This document shows, one piece after another, positions 9,679 to 18,787 of a DNA stretch of 64,000 nt. Origin of the DNA: an uncultured bacterium (GTDB taxonomy: Bacteria > Actinomycetota > Acidimicrobiia > Spongiisociales > UBA5794); contig CAWDDT010000006.1 in NCBI GenBank assembly GCA_963801165.1, positions 64,001-128,000 on the forward strand. Direction: 5' to 3'. The position numbers were made by a program, and so were the translations under genes. Under the pieces are notes generated by a model that was not told where the DNA came from, did no database searches, and saw only the letters and a list, made by a program, of their open reading frames with translations. Numbering within the stretch: position 1 is the first letter of the stretch; each line of letters begins with the position of its first letter.

Positions 9679-10961
9679 CGGCTTTCTCCGGGACTATCGA
9701 CGAGGCTGAGCGCCGACGCGTTGTTGGGTGAGGTGCGGTGGGTGGCAAACACCCACACCCGCAGTCCGAGGAAGCGGACAACGGTGGCGGCAGCGTTGGC
9801 GGTGATTAGCACGGCCAGCTGGGCGAACCGGGTGGCGTTTGGGGCGAGATGGTTCAGGACCGCCAGCGAGCCCGAGGTGATCGCCAATGCCGCCGCGAAC
9901 ACAACCAGGCCCTCGGCGAGGTGCGTCCACAATCGATGGCGGCCGCTGATCCCAAAGGTGAATCGGCGGTTGGCGGCCGTGTTGAACACCGCCGTCGCCG
10001 CCAGGGCGACCGAGTTCGACCACTGTGGGGTCAGCCGGGTTCGTAGGGTCAGGAAGAGCAGCACATATGAGATGGTGCTGACCACGCCAACGCCGGCGAA
10101 CCGGCCCACCTGGCCTAGAAAGGAAGCCGGCGCAGCGGTAGCGGCACGGACCGTGAGGTTGACGCGGATCTCGTCCAGCGGGATGTCGCCCCGCGCCAGG
10201 CTACCTGCCAGCCGGGCGAGGCCCGCAAGGTCGGCCCTGGCGGTGGTGACGATATCGACCTTCGAGTCGGGGTCGTCGACCCAATCGACCGGCACTTCGT
10301 ATACGCGCAGGCCTGCGCGTTCGGCGAGCAGCAAAAGCTCGGTGTCGAAGAACCATCCGGTGTCGCGCACGTAAGGCAGCAGCTCGTGAGCCACGTCTGC
10401 CCTGATGGCCTTGAACCCGCATTGGGCGTCGCTGAACCGAGCGGCCATCAGTCCCTTGAGCAGGAGGTTGTAGCCTCGGGAGATCACCTCGCGTTTGGGT
10501 CCTCGCACTACGTGCGACCTGCGGTTGAGCCGGGTACCGATTGCAATGTGGGAATGTCCGCTGATCAGCGGGGCGATCAGCGGGAGCAAGGCATCGAGGT
10601 CGGTAGACAGGTCGACGTCCATGTAGGCGAGTACCTGCGCATCGGAGGCGGCCCAGACTGTCGCCAGTGCTCTGCCCCGACCCTTCTGTTCGATCCTGAC
10701 TGATACCACGTTGTCGAAGCGAGCTGCGAGGCTCGCGGCGATCATCGCCGTTGCGTCGGTGCTGGCATTGTCGGCGATCGTGATGCGACACGGGTACGGG
10801 AAGTGGTATTCGAGGTGGTCGTGAAGCCGCTCGATCGACGAGGCAAGATCGGCTTGTTCGTTGTAGACCGGGACGACGATGTCGACGATCGGTGTGGAGA
10901 GAGCGAAATCCGATCCGATACGAGGTGCGGAGACGTTGTGTTGCATGTCCCCATGGTTCAT
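9675..10961 (-). CDS. Bifunctional GT2 (polyprenol-phosphate mannose synthase-like) / GtrA protein
   Basis: VVPVYNE, DNASTD, YMDVDLS, DAQCGFK, WFFDTE; C-terminal GtrA-like TM domain; overlaps GT39 start. Confidence 0.92.
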   Translation of the reverse strand: MNHGDMQHNVSAPRIGSDFALSTPIVDIVVPVYNEQADLASSIERLHDHLEYHFPYPCRITIADNASTDATAMIAASLAARFDNVVSVRIEQKGRGRALATVWAASDAQVLAYMDVDLSTDLDALLPLIAPLISGHSHIAIGTRLNRRSHVVRGPKREVISRGYNLLLKGLMAARFSDAQCGFKAIRADVAHELLPYVRDTGWFFDTELLLLAERAGLRVYEVPVDWVDDPDSKVDIVTTARADLAGLARLAGSLARGDIPLDEIRVNLTVRAATAAPASFLGQVGRFAGVGVVSTISYVLLFLTLRTRLTPQWSNSVALAATAVFNTAANRRFTFGISGRHRLWTHLAEGLVVFAAALAITSGSLAVLNHLAPNATRFAQLAVLITANAAATVVRFLGLRVWVFATHRTSPNNASALSLVDSPGESR

Positions 10962-10979
10962 CGGGAAACTTCAGCGAGG

Positions 10980-11007
10980 CTGTGCAGTCCCTGGGAATTC
11001 GCTGAGA
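10980..11007 (-). promoter_or_regulatory. Three 11-bp-period direct repeats, OmpR/MprA-like operator
   Basis: Minus strand TCTCAG-N5-TCCCAG-N5-GCACAG upstream of the GT2-GT39 operon. Confidence 0.5.
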
Positions 11008-11367
11008 GCACGCCCGTCGGGTGGCCTCATGCTCGAGCGTCTCGTGCCGGGGCACGAGCATCAGCAATGCGCCGCAAGACTCCCGAAGTTGCCGCTCGTC
11101 TTGTCGTCGCTACGTCTCGGATGGTGCCGGCCACTCGTTCGAGAGCAGCCGCGATCGGGACGGTGGCCGGCCTAGGGGATATGGGTGTGTGTGTCTCACA
11201 GTCGTGGGCTGCGGGCAAGCAGGTTGGCATGTACCCGACGAACGGACGGCGGAAACGATCAGTCATGCCGCTCTTCAGCACGGCCGAGTCTCGCTCGGCG
11301 AACAGCCAGTGCCGCGAGAAAACACGTCCTTGACGACGCTACGTGTGCGTTGGCGGCCTTTGGGGTG

Positions 11368-11440
11368 TACCATGAAACCGCGACCACCAGTCGCCCCTCA
11401 CTTCTCGTTGAAGCATCCTCTGGTCCAACACCGGGCCGGC
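11368..11440 (+). promoter_or_regulatory. Promoter and divergent third copy of the RRM-type leader element
   Basis: TACCAT, 6 nt, GCGAC-cacca-GTCGC, 4 nt, CACTTCTC, 13 nt, CTGGTCC...GGGCCGG hairpin. Confidence 0.55.
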
Positions 11441-11508
11441 CCTCGTTGATGAGTGACTGTCGCCAGGCTTGCCCCCATCGAGGCGGGCCCTCATCGAAGG
11501 AGGACGCT

Positions 11509-12696
11509 GTGAAGACAGCAGCCGCCAGTGTGTCGATCGGGTTCGTCAGCACCTACCCGCCAACCGTCTGTGGCCTTGCCACCTATACGGAGTCGTTGCT
11601 CGGGGCCATCGCGGGTAATCGGGGAACCCATATAGGGCTAGGCGTGGTGGACGTCGGCGATGACAATCGACATGTCGACCGGCGCCGGGTAGTCCATCGC
11701 CATGTTGCCGGCGATTCCGGCTCGCTCGAGCGAGCCGCCCGAGTGCTGAACACTTTCGACACCGTGTCGATCCAACACGAGTATGGGATCTTCGCCGGAC
11801 CGGACGGCGAGGAGGTGCTCGACTTGATGGCGGCGATCTCCGTGCCCACGGCGGTCACCCTCCACACAGTCCTTGCCGATCCAACCCGGCACCAACGAGC
11901 GATCACCGACCAGCTCGCTGACGAAGCCGAGCTGCTGGTGGTAATGAGCGAGACGGGGTCGACCAGGCTGACGACCAGCTACGGGATCGATCCGGATCGG
12001 ATCGAGGTGCTCCCTCATGGCGCAAACACTCTGTTCGCGGGACCGTCGCTGGCTGCTGGCGGCAGACCGCTGGTCCTCACGTGGGGTCTGATCGGCCCCG
12101 GGAAGGGTCTGGAATCAGCGATCGAGGCTTTCGCCGAGCTCCGCGAGCTCCGACCTGCCCCGCGGTACCTGATCGCAGGAGCCACGCACCCTCACGTCAG
12201 AGAGAGCGCCGGTGAGGCCTACCGCCAGAGTCTCATCGAACTGACAGCGGCGCTCGGCCTGAACGACATCGTCGAATTCGACGACCGATACCTGGACAGG
12301 GTCACCCTGGCACGTCTCGTCCGCAGCGCCGACGTGGTGTTGTTGCCGTACTCATCGACCGAGCAGGTCACATCCGGCGTTCTCGCCGAGGCGATAGCCG
12401 CGGGAAAGCCTGTGATCGCAACCCGATTCCCGCACGCGGTCGAGCTGCTGACGGGCCGCGCCGGCATGACGACACCGCATGGTGACACCATTGCGATGGC
12501 CAAGGCGGTTCGGTTTGTGCTGACAGACCACGAAGCCAGATCGAGGATGGGACGGGAGGCTCGGCGACTGGCCGACGGGTGGTTCTGGCCGACAATCGGT
12601 CGGAAGTTCACCGATCTGATGACGGGCATGGTCGAGATGAGAGCCAGCGTCGATGACAGGGGAGAGATGAAGGAGGTCTGCCGTGCCGCCGGATGA
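11509..12696 (+). CDS. Glycosyltransferase family 4
   Basis: STYPPTVCGLAT, IQHEYGIF, TWGLIGPGKGLE, QVTSGVLAEA; GTG start after GGAGG. Confidence 0.9.
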   Translation: MKTAAASVSIGFVSTYPPTVCGLATYTESLLGAIAGNRGTHIGLGVVDVGDDNRHVDRRRVVHRHVAGDSGSLERAARVLNTFDTVSIQHEYGIFAGPDGEEVLDLMAAISVPTAVTLHTVLADPTRHQRAITDQLADEAELLVVMSETGSTRLTTSYGIDPDRIEVLPHGANTLFAGPSLAAGGRPLVLTWGLIGPGKGLESAIEAFAELRELRPAPRYLIAGATHPHVRESAGEAYRQSLIELTAALGLNDIVEFDDRYLDRVTLARLVRSADVVLLPYSSTEQVTSGVLAEAIAAGKPVIATRFPHAVELLTGRAGMTTPHGDTIAMAKAVRFVLTDHEARSRMGREARRLADGWFWPTIGRKFTDLMTGMVEMRASVDDRGEMKEVCRAAG

Positions 12697-13765
12697 TAGG
12701 GCTGAGGCGTCGGGCCATCCATCGTCGCCCCGGCGCGCCGGCTTGCCGGTACCGCGCTTCGATCACCTGCGTGCCCTCACTGACCACGCCGGGCTGTGGG
12801 AACATGCGAAGCTCCTGGTACCTCGTATCGATCACGGCTTCTGCACCGAGGACAGCGCACGCGCCCTCGTCGTTGTCTCGCGGCAAGCGGCCCTGACCGG
12901 TGCCCTGGAGGATCTCGCCGCCACCTATTTGAGGTTCGTCCTCGAGTCACGCACGAAGGCCGGGGCGTTCCGGAACCGCCGGGCCGCCGATGGCTCGTGG
13001 CAAGAAGACGGCGGTAGCGACGACAGCCAGGGCCGGGCCTGGTGGGGGCTCGGTAGCGCGGCCCGGTTGGCACCAACCGAATCGATGCGGCGTGCCGCCA
13101 TGGACGCTTTCGCAACCTGCGGATTGTTCGAGTCGCCGCATCTGCGCGCCAATGCCTATACCGCGCTCGGTGTGGTCGAGGTGCTGGTTGCCAACCCCGC
13201 TCACACCGGTGCCCGCGACCTCCTCGAAGAAACGGCCGGTGTCATCGCCGATGCCGCACGGAGCGCCATCCCATGGCCTGAGGATCGGCTCACCTATGAC
13301 AACGCTCGTCTCCCCGATGCGCTACTGGCCGCAGGGACGATTCTCGGTCGGCGGCGCCTCATCGCAGACGGCCTGCGGCTGCTGGAGTGGCTCGTCAACG
13401 TCGAGACGATCGGAGACCACTTCAGCTTTGCGCCTACATCCGGCTGGTCCATCGGTGAGCCGCGACCGGGATTCGACCAGCAGCCCGTCGACGCATGGGC
13501 GATGGCCGATGCCTGCCATCGGGCCTGGGTGGTCACTGGAGATTCGGTCTGGCGTGTCCGTGCACTCCGTGCCGCCCGGTGGCTGGTTGGTGGTAACGAC
13601 ATCGGGATCTCGCTGTACGACCCGGAGAGCGGAGCAACCTACGACGGCCTGCACAGCGACTCGGTCAACGAGAACCGGGGAGCGGAGTCCACGCTCGCCG
13701 GAATCGGAACGCTCCAGGTCGCGGCCTCATGCGAGGCAAGCCCCCGTCGCTTGGCGTTTCCATGA
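12683..13765 (+). CDS. GT4-associated protein, probably an (alpha/alpha) barrel glycosidase-like domain
   Basis: HLRALTD, GFCTEDSARAL, LTYDNARL, FDQQP, DGL...NENRGAEST; I recall this domain fused to GT4 in other bacteria. Confidence 0.75.
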   Translation: MPPDDRAEASGHPSSPRRAGLPVPRFDHLRALTDHAGLWEHAKLLVPRIDHGFCTEDSARALVVVSRQAALTGALEDLAATYLRFVLESRTKAGAFRNRRAADGSWQEDGGSDDSQGRAWWGLGSAARLAPTESMRRAAMDAFATCGLFESPHLRANAYTALGVVEVLVANPAHTGARDLLEETAGVIADAARSAIPWPEDRLTYDNARLPDALLAAGTILGRRRLIADGLRLLEWLVNVETIGDHFSFAPTSGWSIGEPRPGFDQQPVDAWAMADACHRAWVVTGDSVWRVRALRAARWLVGGNDIGISLYDPESGATYDGLHSDSVNENRGAESTLAGIGTLQVAASCEASPRRLAFP

Positions 13766-15231
13766 TTACGCAGATCAAAGTGACTCGATCGGATGTCCGA
13801 CTTGTCCCGGACCTCCGCCGCATAATCGTCAAGCCGTACCTGCTCGAGGCCGGTGAGCAGGGCACGCGTAGCCGCACAGACGAGTTGCTCGAACGGATCC
13901 TGGCGCTATCCCCCCAGGAGGTTGCGCATGTCCTGGAGGAGGTCAGGGCCGGCTTCCTTGGTCGACACAGCGACCTCGACGACATCTTGCAGAGAGGCTT
14001 CTACGAGGTGGTGGACCTCGTGCCCGACCCATCTGGACTGTCCGAGGACATGCGGCGGGTCATCGGCGCCTTCTTCGTACACGAGTTCTCGCTCGAAGGC
14101 GCCGCGCTCACCAACCCGTCGATCGTTGCCGCTCCCGATCAATCCGGCACACCTTCCGGCTCGTTGCGCGTGATCGTGAGTTTGCGCGCTGTGGGTGAGG
14201 GTCACATCTCCTCGATCGAGTTCCGCTCAGGGCTGGTAGGGCGGCGAGGCCACATCGAGCTGGATCCCCCCGGTTCCCCCATTACCGGTATCCGCCGACC
14301 GCCAATGCTCGACAAGGCCCTGTTTGCGACCAAGCTCGATGAGATCGGCGCCGAGACGGAGCTCGCGGAAGAGGCATTGGGCCCGCTGCCCGCTCGATTC
14401 ACGATGGTCGAGCTCGAAGCTGCGCTGACCGAGCTGGACCGGCGAAGTGGGTCTTCGAGTGCGATCCAGCACGTGATACAGGCGATGCGTTGGTTGGCTT
14501 CATCGAACTACGAGCTGACCTTTGCGGAGGGCTCGGATCTTTCTCAGCGGGTGCTGTTCCCGAGCGGACTATCTGAAAGCCACGGCATGGAGGACGCCCG
14601 CCTCGTGCGGTTCACTGAAACAGACGGATCGGTCGTGTACTACGCCACGTACACGGCCTTCGATGGTTTCAGCATCCTCCCTCAGCTCGTGGAGACCACC
14701 GACTTTCGCTCGTTCCGGATAGCCACTCTCAACGGTCGGGCCGCAAGAAACAAGGGGATTGCTATCTTCCCGCGTCGGGTCGGCGGTCGCTACGCAGCTC
14801 TTGCTCGCTCCGACGGTGAGAGCAACTACCTCATGTTCTCCGATCATGTCCGCTTCTGGCACGAGGCAGAACGAATCCAGATCCCGACGAGTCCATGGGA
14901 GCTCCGCCAGATCGGCAACGCTGGTTCTCCGATCGAGACCGAAGCTGGGTGGCTGGTCGTGACCCACGCGGTCGGCCCGATGCGTCGCTACGTCCTCGGC
15001 GCGATTCTGCTCGACCTCGACGATCCTCGTGACGTCATCGGTCATCTCGAGGAGCCTCTTCTCACTCCCGAAGAGTCCGAGCGCGATGGGTACGTGCCAA
15101 ACGTCGTTTATTCGTGCGGATCACTGGTCCATGACGGCCAACTCGTGATTGCATACGGCGCGTCCGACACCGCGACAGGATTCGCATCGGTGCCGCTCGA
15201 TGACCTCCTCGGCGAGCTGTTGAAGCACTGA
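13762..15231 (+). CDS. Glycoside hydrolase family 130 protein
   Basis: SLRAVGEGHISSI, GMEDARLV, YYATYTAFDG, NKGIAIFP, GYVPNVVYSCG. Confidence 0.9.
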   Translation: MITQIKVTRSDVRLVPDLRRIIVKPYLLEAGEQGTRSRTDELLERILALSPQEVAHVLEEVRAGFLGRHSDLDDILQRGFYEVVDLVPDPSGLSEDMRRVIGAFFVHEFSLEGAALTNPSIVAAPDQSGTPSGSLRVIVSLRAVGEGHISSIEFRSGLVGRRGHIELDPPGSPITGIRRPPMLDKALFATKLDEIGAETELAEEALGPLPARFTMVELEAALTELDRRSGSSSAIQHVIQAMRWLASSNYELTFAEGSDLSQRVLFPSGLSESHGMEDARLVRFTETDGSVVYYATYTAFDGFSILPQLVETTDFRSFRIATLNGRAARNKGIAIFPRRVGGRYAALARSDGESNYLMFSDHVRFWHEAERIQIPTSPWELRQIGNAGSPIETEAGWLVVTHAVGPMRRYVLGAILLDLDDPRDVIGHLEEPLLTPEESERDGYVPNVVYSCGSLVHDGQLVIAYGASDTATGFASVPLDDLLGELLKH

Positions 15232-15245
15232 TCCTCCGAGCGGTT

Positions 15246-16283
15246 TCATCGACCGAGGAGACGGTGATAGAGCGACACATAGTCGTCGACCATCCTGGCT
15301 ACATCGAAACGTCCCTCAATCGAGCGACGCACGCCCTCGCGGCTGAGATGCCGAGCCTCCCCGATCGCATCGACGGTCGCTCCTCTGGTGGAGACGAGGA
15401 ACCCGTTGACTCCGGGTTGGATTATCTCCGGCATCGACCCTCGCCGGTGAGCGATTACCGGCGTGCCACATGCCATTGCTTCGACGACGCTGAACCCGAA
15501 GGGCTCATCGAAGTCGATCAAATGAAGCAGCGCCGCTGCAGTGCCCAGGACTGCCTGGCGTTGCTCCGGCCCAACCGACCCCAGGTAGATGACGCGGTCG
15601 CCATCGATATGGGGCCGGACGAAGGTTTCGAAGTACTCCTGGTCCTGAATGATGCCCGCGATGACAAGGGGGCGTCCCGCCGCGGCAGCAACCTCGATGG
15701 CGGCAGCCGTTCCCTTGTCGGGATGGATCCGACCGAAGAAGACGAGGGCGTCCCCGCCCGGGCCTACGTCAAATGAGTCGATGTCGATTCCGTGGTGGAT
15801 CGTCGCGGCATACTCCAGAGCCGGGTGCCGATCGGCGTCGCTGATTGCCACGTAGTTGACACGATCGGAGTAGGCGAGGTACGCGGGCAGGGTGGCGTCT
15901 GAGGCAAACCCGTGGATCGTAGTCACGACGGGTGTGTTGACCAGCCTGGTGAAGGCGAGGGGAAGGAAGTCGAAGCTGTTGTGGATCAGATCGAACTCGT
16001 CTGCCCGCTCGAACAAGCCGGCAATGTGAAGCGCCTCCCATGTCTTGGCGTCGAGGGACGGATCTTCCGCGTACCCGGTGGGAGCCACGCCCACAAGTTT
16101 CGCTGCAGTCACCGAATCGGCGGTAGCGAAGAGCGTCGTGTCGACGCCCCGAGCCACGAGGCCTTCGGTCAGCAGTGAGGCGAACTGCTCCCACGGGCCG
16201 TAGTGGCGCGGCGGAACCCTCCATGCAATGGGAGCGAGAACTGCCACGCGTAGCGGCGCGGCCGTACGGTGGGCGGAGAGCAC
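15246..16283 (-). CDS. Glycosyltransferase family 4
   Basis: PPRHYGPWE, FGRIHPDKG, EPFGFSVVEAMACGTPV. Confidence 0.92.
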   Translation of the reverse strand: MLSAHRTAAPLRVAVLAPIAWRVPPRHYGPWEQFASLLTEGLVARGVDTTLFATADSVTAAKLVGVAPTGYAEDPSLDAKTWEALHIAGLFERADEFDLIHNSFDFLPLAFTRLVNTPVVTTIHGFASDATLPAYLAYSDRVNYVAISDADRHPALEYAATIHHGIDIDSFDVGPGGDALVFFGRIHPDKGTAAAIEVAAAAGRPLVIAGIIQDQEYFETFVRPHIDGDRVIYLGSVGPEQRQAVLGTAAALLHLIDFDEPFGFSVVEAMACGTPVIAHRRGSMPEIIQPGVNGFLVSTRGATVDAIGEARHLSREGVRRSIEGRFDVARMVDDYVSLYHRLLGR

Positions 16284-16397
16284 GGTATTACCTCGATCTC
16301 ATCGGAGGGCCGGTGAGATGAACAATTGGTCCGGGCATCGACCCTGCAGCTGCGGCATTCGGTCGTTCATGGAGAGCCCAGGGTTGTCGGCGTCGGC

Positions 16398-16520
16398 TCA
16401 ATCGATCTTGGACGACTTGGCGGCGGCGTCCCGCTTGCCCTTCTTGGCGAGGCGCTTTTCCTTCAGGTTCTTGGTGGCGAGCTTCTTGGTGTCTTTACTG
16501 CCTTTGTCCTTGGTTCCCAT
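16398..16520 (-). CDS. Small lysine-rich protein (40 aa)
   Basis: MGTKDKGSKDTKKLATKNLKEKRLAKKGKRDAAAKSSKID; GGAGG 5 nt before ATG; AAG codon use. Confidence 0.75.
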   Translation of the reverse strand: MGTKDKGSKDTKKLATKNLKEKRLAKKGKRDAAAKSSKID

Positions 16521-16639
16521 GAGTGCCTCCAGGCCGGCCGCCGGAGCGGCGGCCGATCCCATCGTGGCAGGCTCAAATCCGACGACGAGATCGTCGAGCA
16601 AACGAGGTGAGCCTGCCGTGTCGTTGGGCGAGAAATCAA

Positions 16640-16876
16640 TCAGCCGTCGGTGTCTGGGATGCCGAGCTCGAGGAAGATGCGCTGGCGTTCCCTCTTGTAC
16701 GCCAACTCCGGGACCCTGCCCGCAGCGTGCCCCTCGCTGAGAACACGAAACTCGTCCATGAGCCGAGCCTCAACGGCGTTGTCGATCACCTCGGTTTCGG
16801 AAGCGATGGTCTCTCGTCGCAACCGTTTTGCCTCCTGGCGCTGTACGCGCCGGCGCTCTCGTTCCCGTTTACCCAT
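16640..16876 (-). CDS. Small hypothetical protein (78 aa) with Arg-rich N-terminus
   Basis: MGKRERERRRVQRQEAKRLRR...FLELGIPDTDG; co-oriented downstream of the RRM gene; start uncertain. Confidence 0.55.
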   Translation of the reverse strand: MGKRERERRRVQRQEAKRLRRETIASETEVIDNAVEARLMDEFRVLSEGHAAGRVPELAYKRERQRIFLELGIPDTDG

Positions 16877-16958
16877 CCCCTCACGCCCGCGCGACATCAG
16901 CAGCACCAATCGGCAGTGGGTCGCATCGACCGGCGCGCGGTCCGCTTGGCGAGCATCA

Positions 16959-17213
16959 TCATCGACGAGGGGCGCGGGGCTTGGCCTCATTGACCGTGAT
17001 CTGCCGTCCGTTCCACTCGCGGCCATTCAACTTCTCGATGGCCTGCGCAGCCAGAGCGCTATCGGCGAGCTCAACAAAGCCGAACCCCCGGGATCTGCCC
17101 GTGTCGCGGTCGGTGATGACGGATGCCGAATCGACGGTGCCGAAATCCGCAAAAAGGCCACGGAGGTCGCCCTCGGCAGTGTCAAAGGGAAGATTCCCTA
17201 CATAGAGTTTCAT
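16959..17213 (-). CDS. RRM (RNP-1) RNA-binding protein, copy 1
   Basis: RNP2 LYVGNL and RNP1 RGFGFVEL; AGGAGAGG SD. Confidence 0.95.
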   Translation of the reverse strand: MKLYVGNLPFDTAEGDLRGLFADFGTVDSASVITDRDTGRSRGFGFVELADSALAAQAIEKLNGREWNGRQITVNEAKPRAPRR

Positions 17214-17265
17214 GGTTGATACCTCTCCTGGTGTGGGAAACGCGTTCGATCCCCGGTATAGATGA

Positions 17266-17348
17266 CTCGGATACCGACTCTGCCGCAGTCCAGTCCGAAG
17301 AAGGAGAGAAGTGAGCCGCCGCCGAAGCAGCTTCGCCCACCATACCAG
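17266..17348 (-). promoter_or_regulatory. Extended -10 promoter and conserved structured 5' leader of RRM copy 1
   Basis: TGGTATGGT, GCTGC-TTCG-GCGGC, CACTTCTCTCCT, second hairpin; aligns with 20825-20907. Confidence 0.8.
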
Positions 17349-17494
17349 CAGCTGTGCCGGAACATGGCGAGCTCTCCACTGCAACGGCCGGAGTTCTGCT
17401 CCTGGTTTGCGCCATTTCGCCGTCGGGAAGTTGGGTCGCTCAGTGTCGAACCGCGCTCGGGGTGACGAAGTTGACGGGGCAGGACGGGAAGTTG

Positions 17495-18592
17495 TCAGAC
17501 GCCGATCGGTTCGAGGCCGAGCCATCCGGCTAGGTCGGCGATCTCCGCCTGCACCGCCGCTGTGATCGCCTTGGTGAAGCGCACGTCCTGGTGAACGGCG
17601 TACACCTCGAGCGTCCCGCTCTTGCGGTCCGCCCTGGCATCCAGCTTTCCGATCAGCCGATCGCCGTGGAGGATCGGCAGGGCGTAGTAGCCCCAGCGAC
17701 GATCTTGCTTCGGCTTGTACATTTCGAGCACGTACTCGTAGTCGAACAACTCCTGAACGCGGGCCCTGTCGTGTACGAGCCGGTCGAACGGCGACAGCAA
17801 GGCGGTTCGCCCTTCGAATGGTTCGTTTCTCGTCCGCCCCAGCGTCTCGGGATCGACCCGCCATTCGCCCTTCGCGTTTTCGACCACAGCAGGTTCACCA
17901 ACTTCACCGACGTCCCACGGCTCGACAGGCACTTGCGTCGTCCGGCTGCGGGCGATACCGAGCGCCCGCAGCCGACGCTCGTTGCGCATGCGGCGAGCAT
18001 CCGGCTCGGGGACAGGCGACACGTCGGATGGATAGACTCGCTCGGCGAGATCCCATATCCGTTGGCGACTTTGCCGACCCGTGATGGCAACCTCGCCGCG
18101 CATCATCAGGAACTCCAACATTTGAGTTACGTTGCGGTCGTTCGTCCATCCGCTAGACCCCCACTGCTCTTGCGAAGTGTCGGGGATGTCGCGCGACATG
18201 AGGGGTCCCGAGCTCTCGAGCCGTTCCAGGATGTCGCGCCGGAATCGGTCGTTGGCCTCGAGCCACCGGCGTGCCCTCTCCGTGGTGGGCCATGTCGCCA
18301 TGGCGGTTAGGTAGAGCCCGAGGTCACTCATGGGCCGCACGAGAGCGTTGAATTCGAAGAGGGTTCGGTCGCGTTCGAGCGCCGCCCGCAGGCCGTCGGG
18401 GTCGTACGACTGTCCCAGCCTGCTCCACGCTACGAGGTCGGCGTTGGGTGCGATCGCCGCTGTCGGGTCGATTTGGAGGAGGGTGAGGTGCTCGACCACC
18501 TCGACGAGGGCGTACGGTCGCCGAGCATCGAGGAGCTGGGCGCGGACCGCGAGTCTCCTGGCTTCCTGTCGGGTGAGTTCGTGAGGAGTCAT
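17495..18592 (-). CDS. YcaQ/AlkZ-family winged-helix DNA crosslink repair glycosylase-like protein
   Basis: LQIDP, WDLAERV, LLSPFDRL, LEMYKP..RRWGYYALPIL. Confidence 0.88.
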   Translation of the reverse strand: MTPHELTRQEARRLAVRAQLLDARRPYALVEVVEHLTLLQIDPTAAIAPNADLVAWSRLGQSYDPDGLRAALERDRTLFEFNALVRPMSDLGLYLTAMATWPTTERARRWLEANDRFRRDILERLESSGPLMSRDIPDTSQEQWGSSGWTNDRNVTQMLEFLMMRGEVAITGRQSRQRIWDLAERVYPSDVSPVPEPDARRMRNERRLRALGIARSRTTQVPVEPWDVGEVGEPAVVENAKGEWRVDPETLGRTRNEPFEGRTALLSPFDRLVHDRARVQELFDYEYVLEMYKPKQDRRWGYYALPILHGDRLIGKLDARADRKSGTLEVYAVHQDVRFTKAITAAVQAEIADLAGWLGLEPIGV

Positions 18593-18787
18593 CGGCCGGG
18601 AGCCTAATGGCATGGTCGCGCCGAGCCGGTGGGTTCGACCTTAGATCGTCGTCGGCCCGGGCCTGCGCGATGACGTCGGCAGCGGCGGCACGACTTGCGG
18701 GACGGAGCAAGCCGTGTGTCCCTCAAATAGCGACTTCGACGGCGGTTCGTACTCGCCGCGGTGACGAGGACGGCACTGTGATGGCCG

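Noticed and set aside
11027-11281. 84-aa minus-strand ORF between the GT operons
   Set aside because: No clear SD or family motif; cannot be supported from sequence alone.
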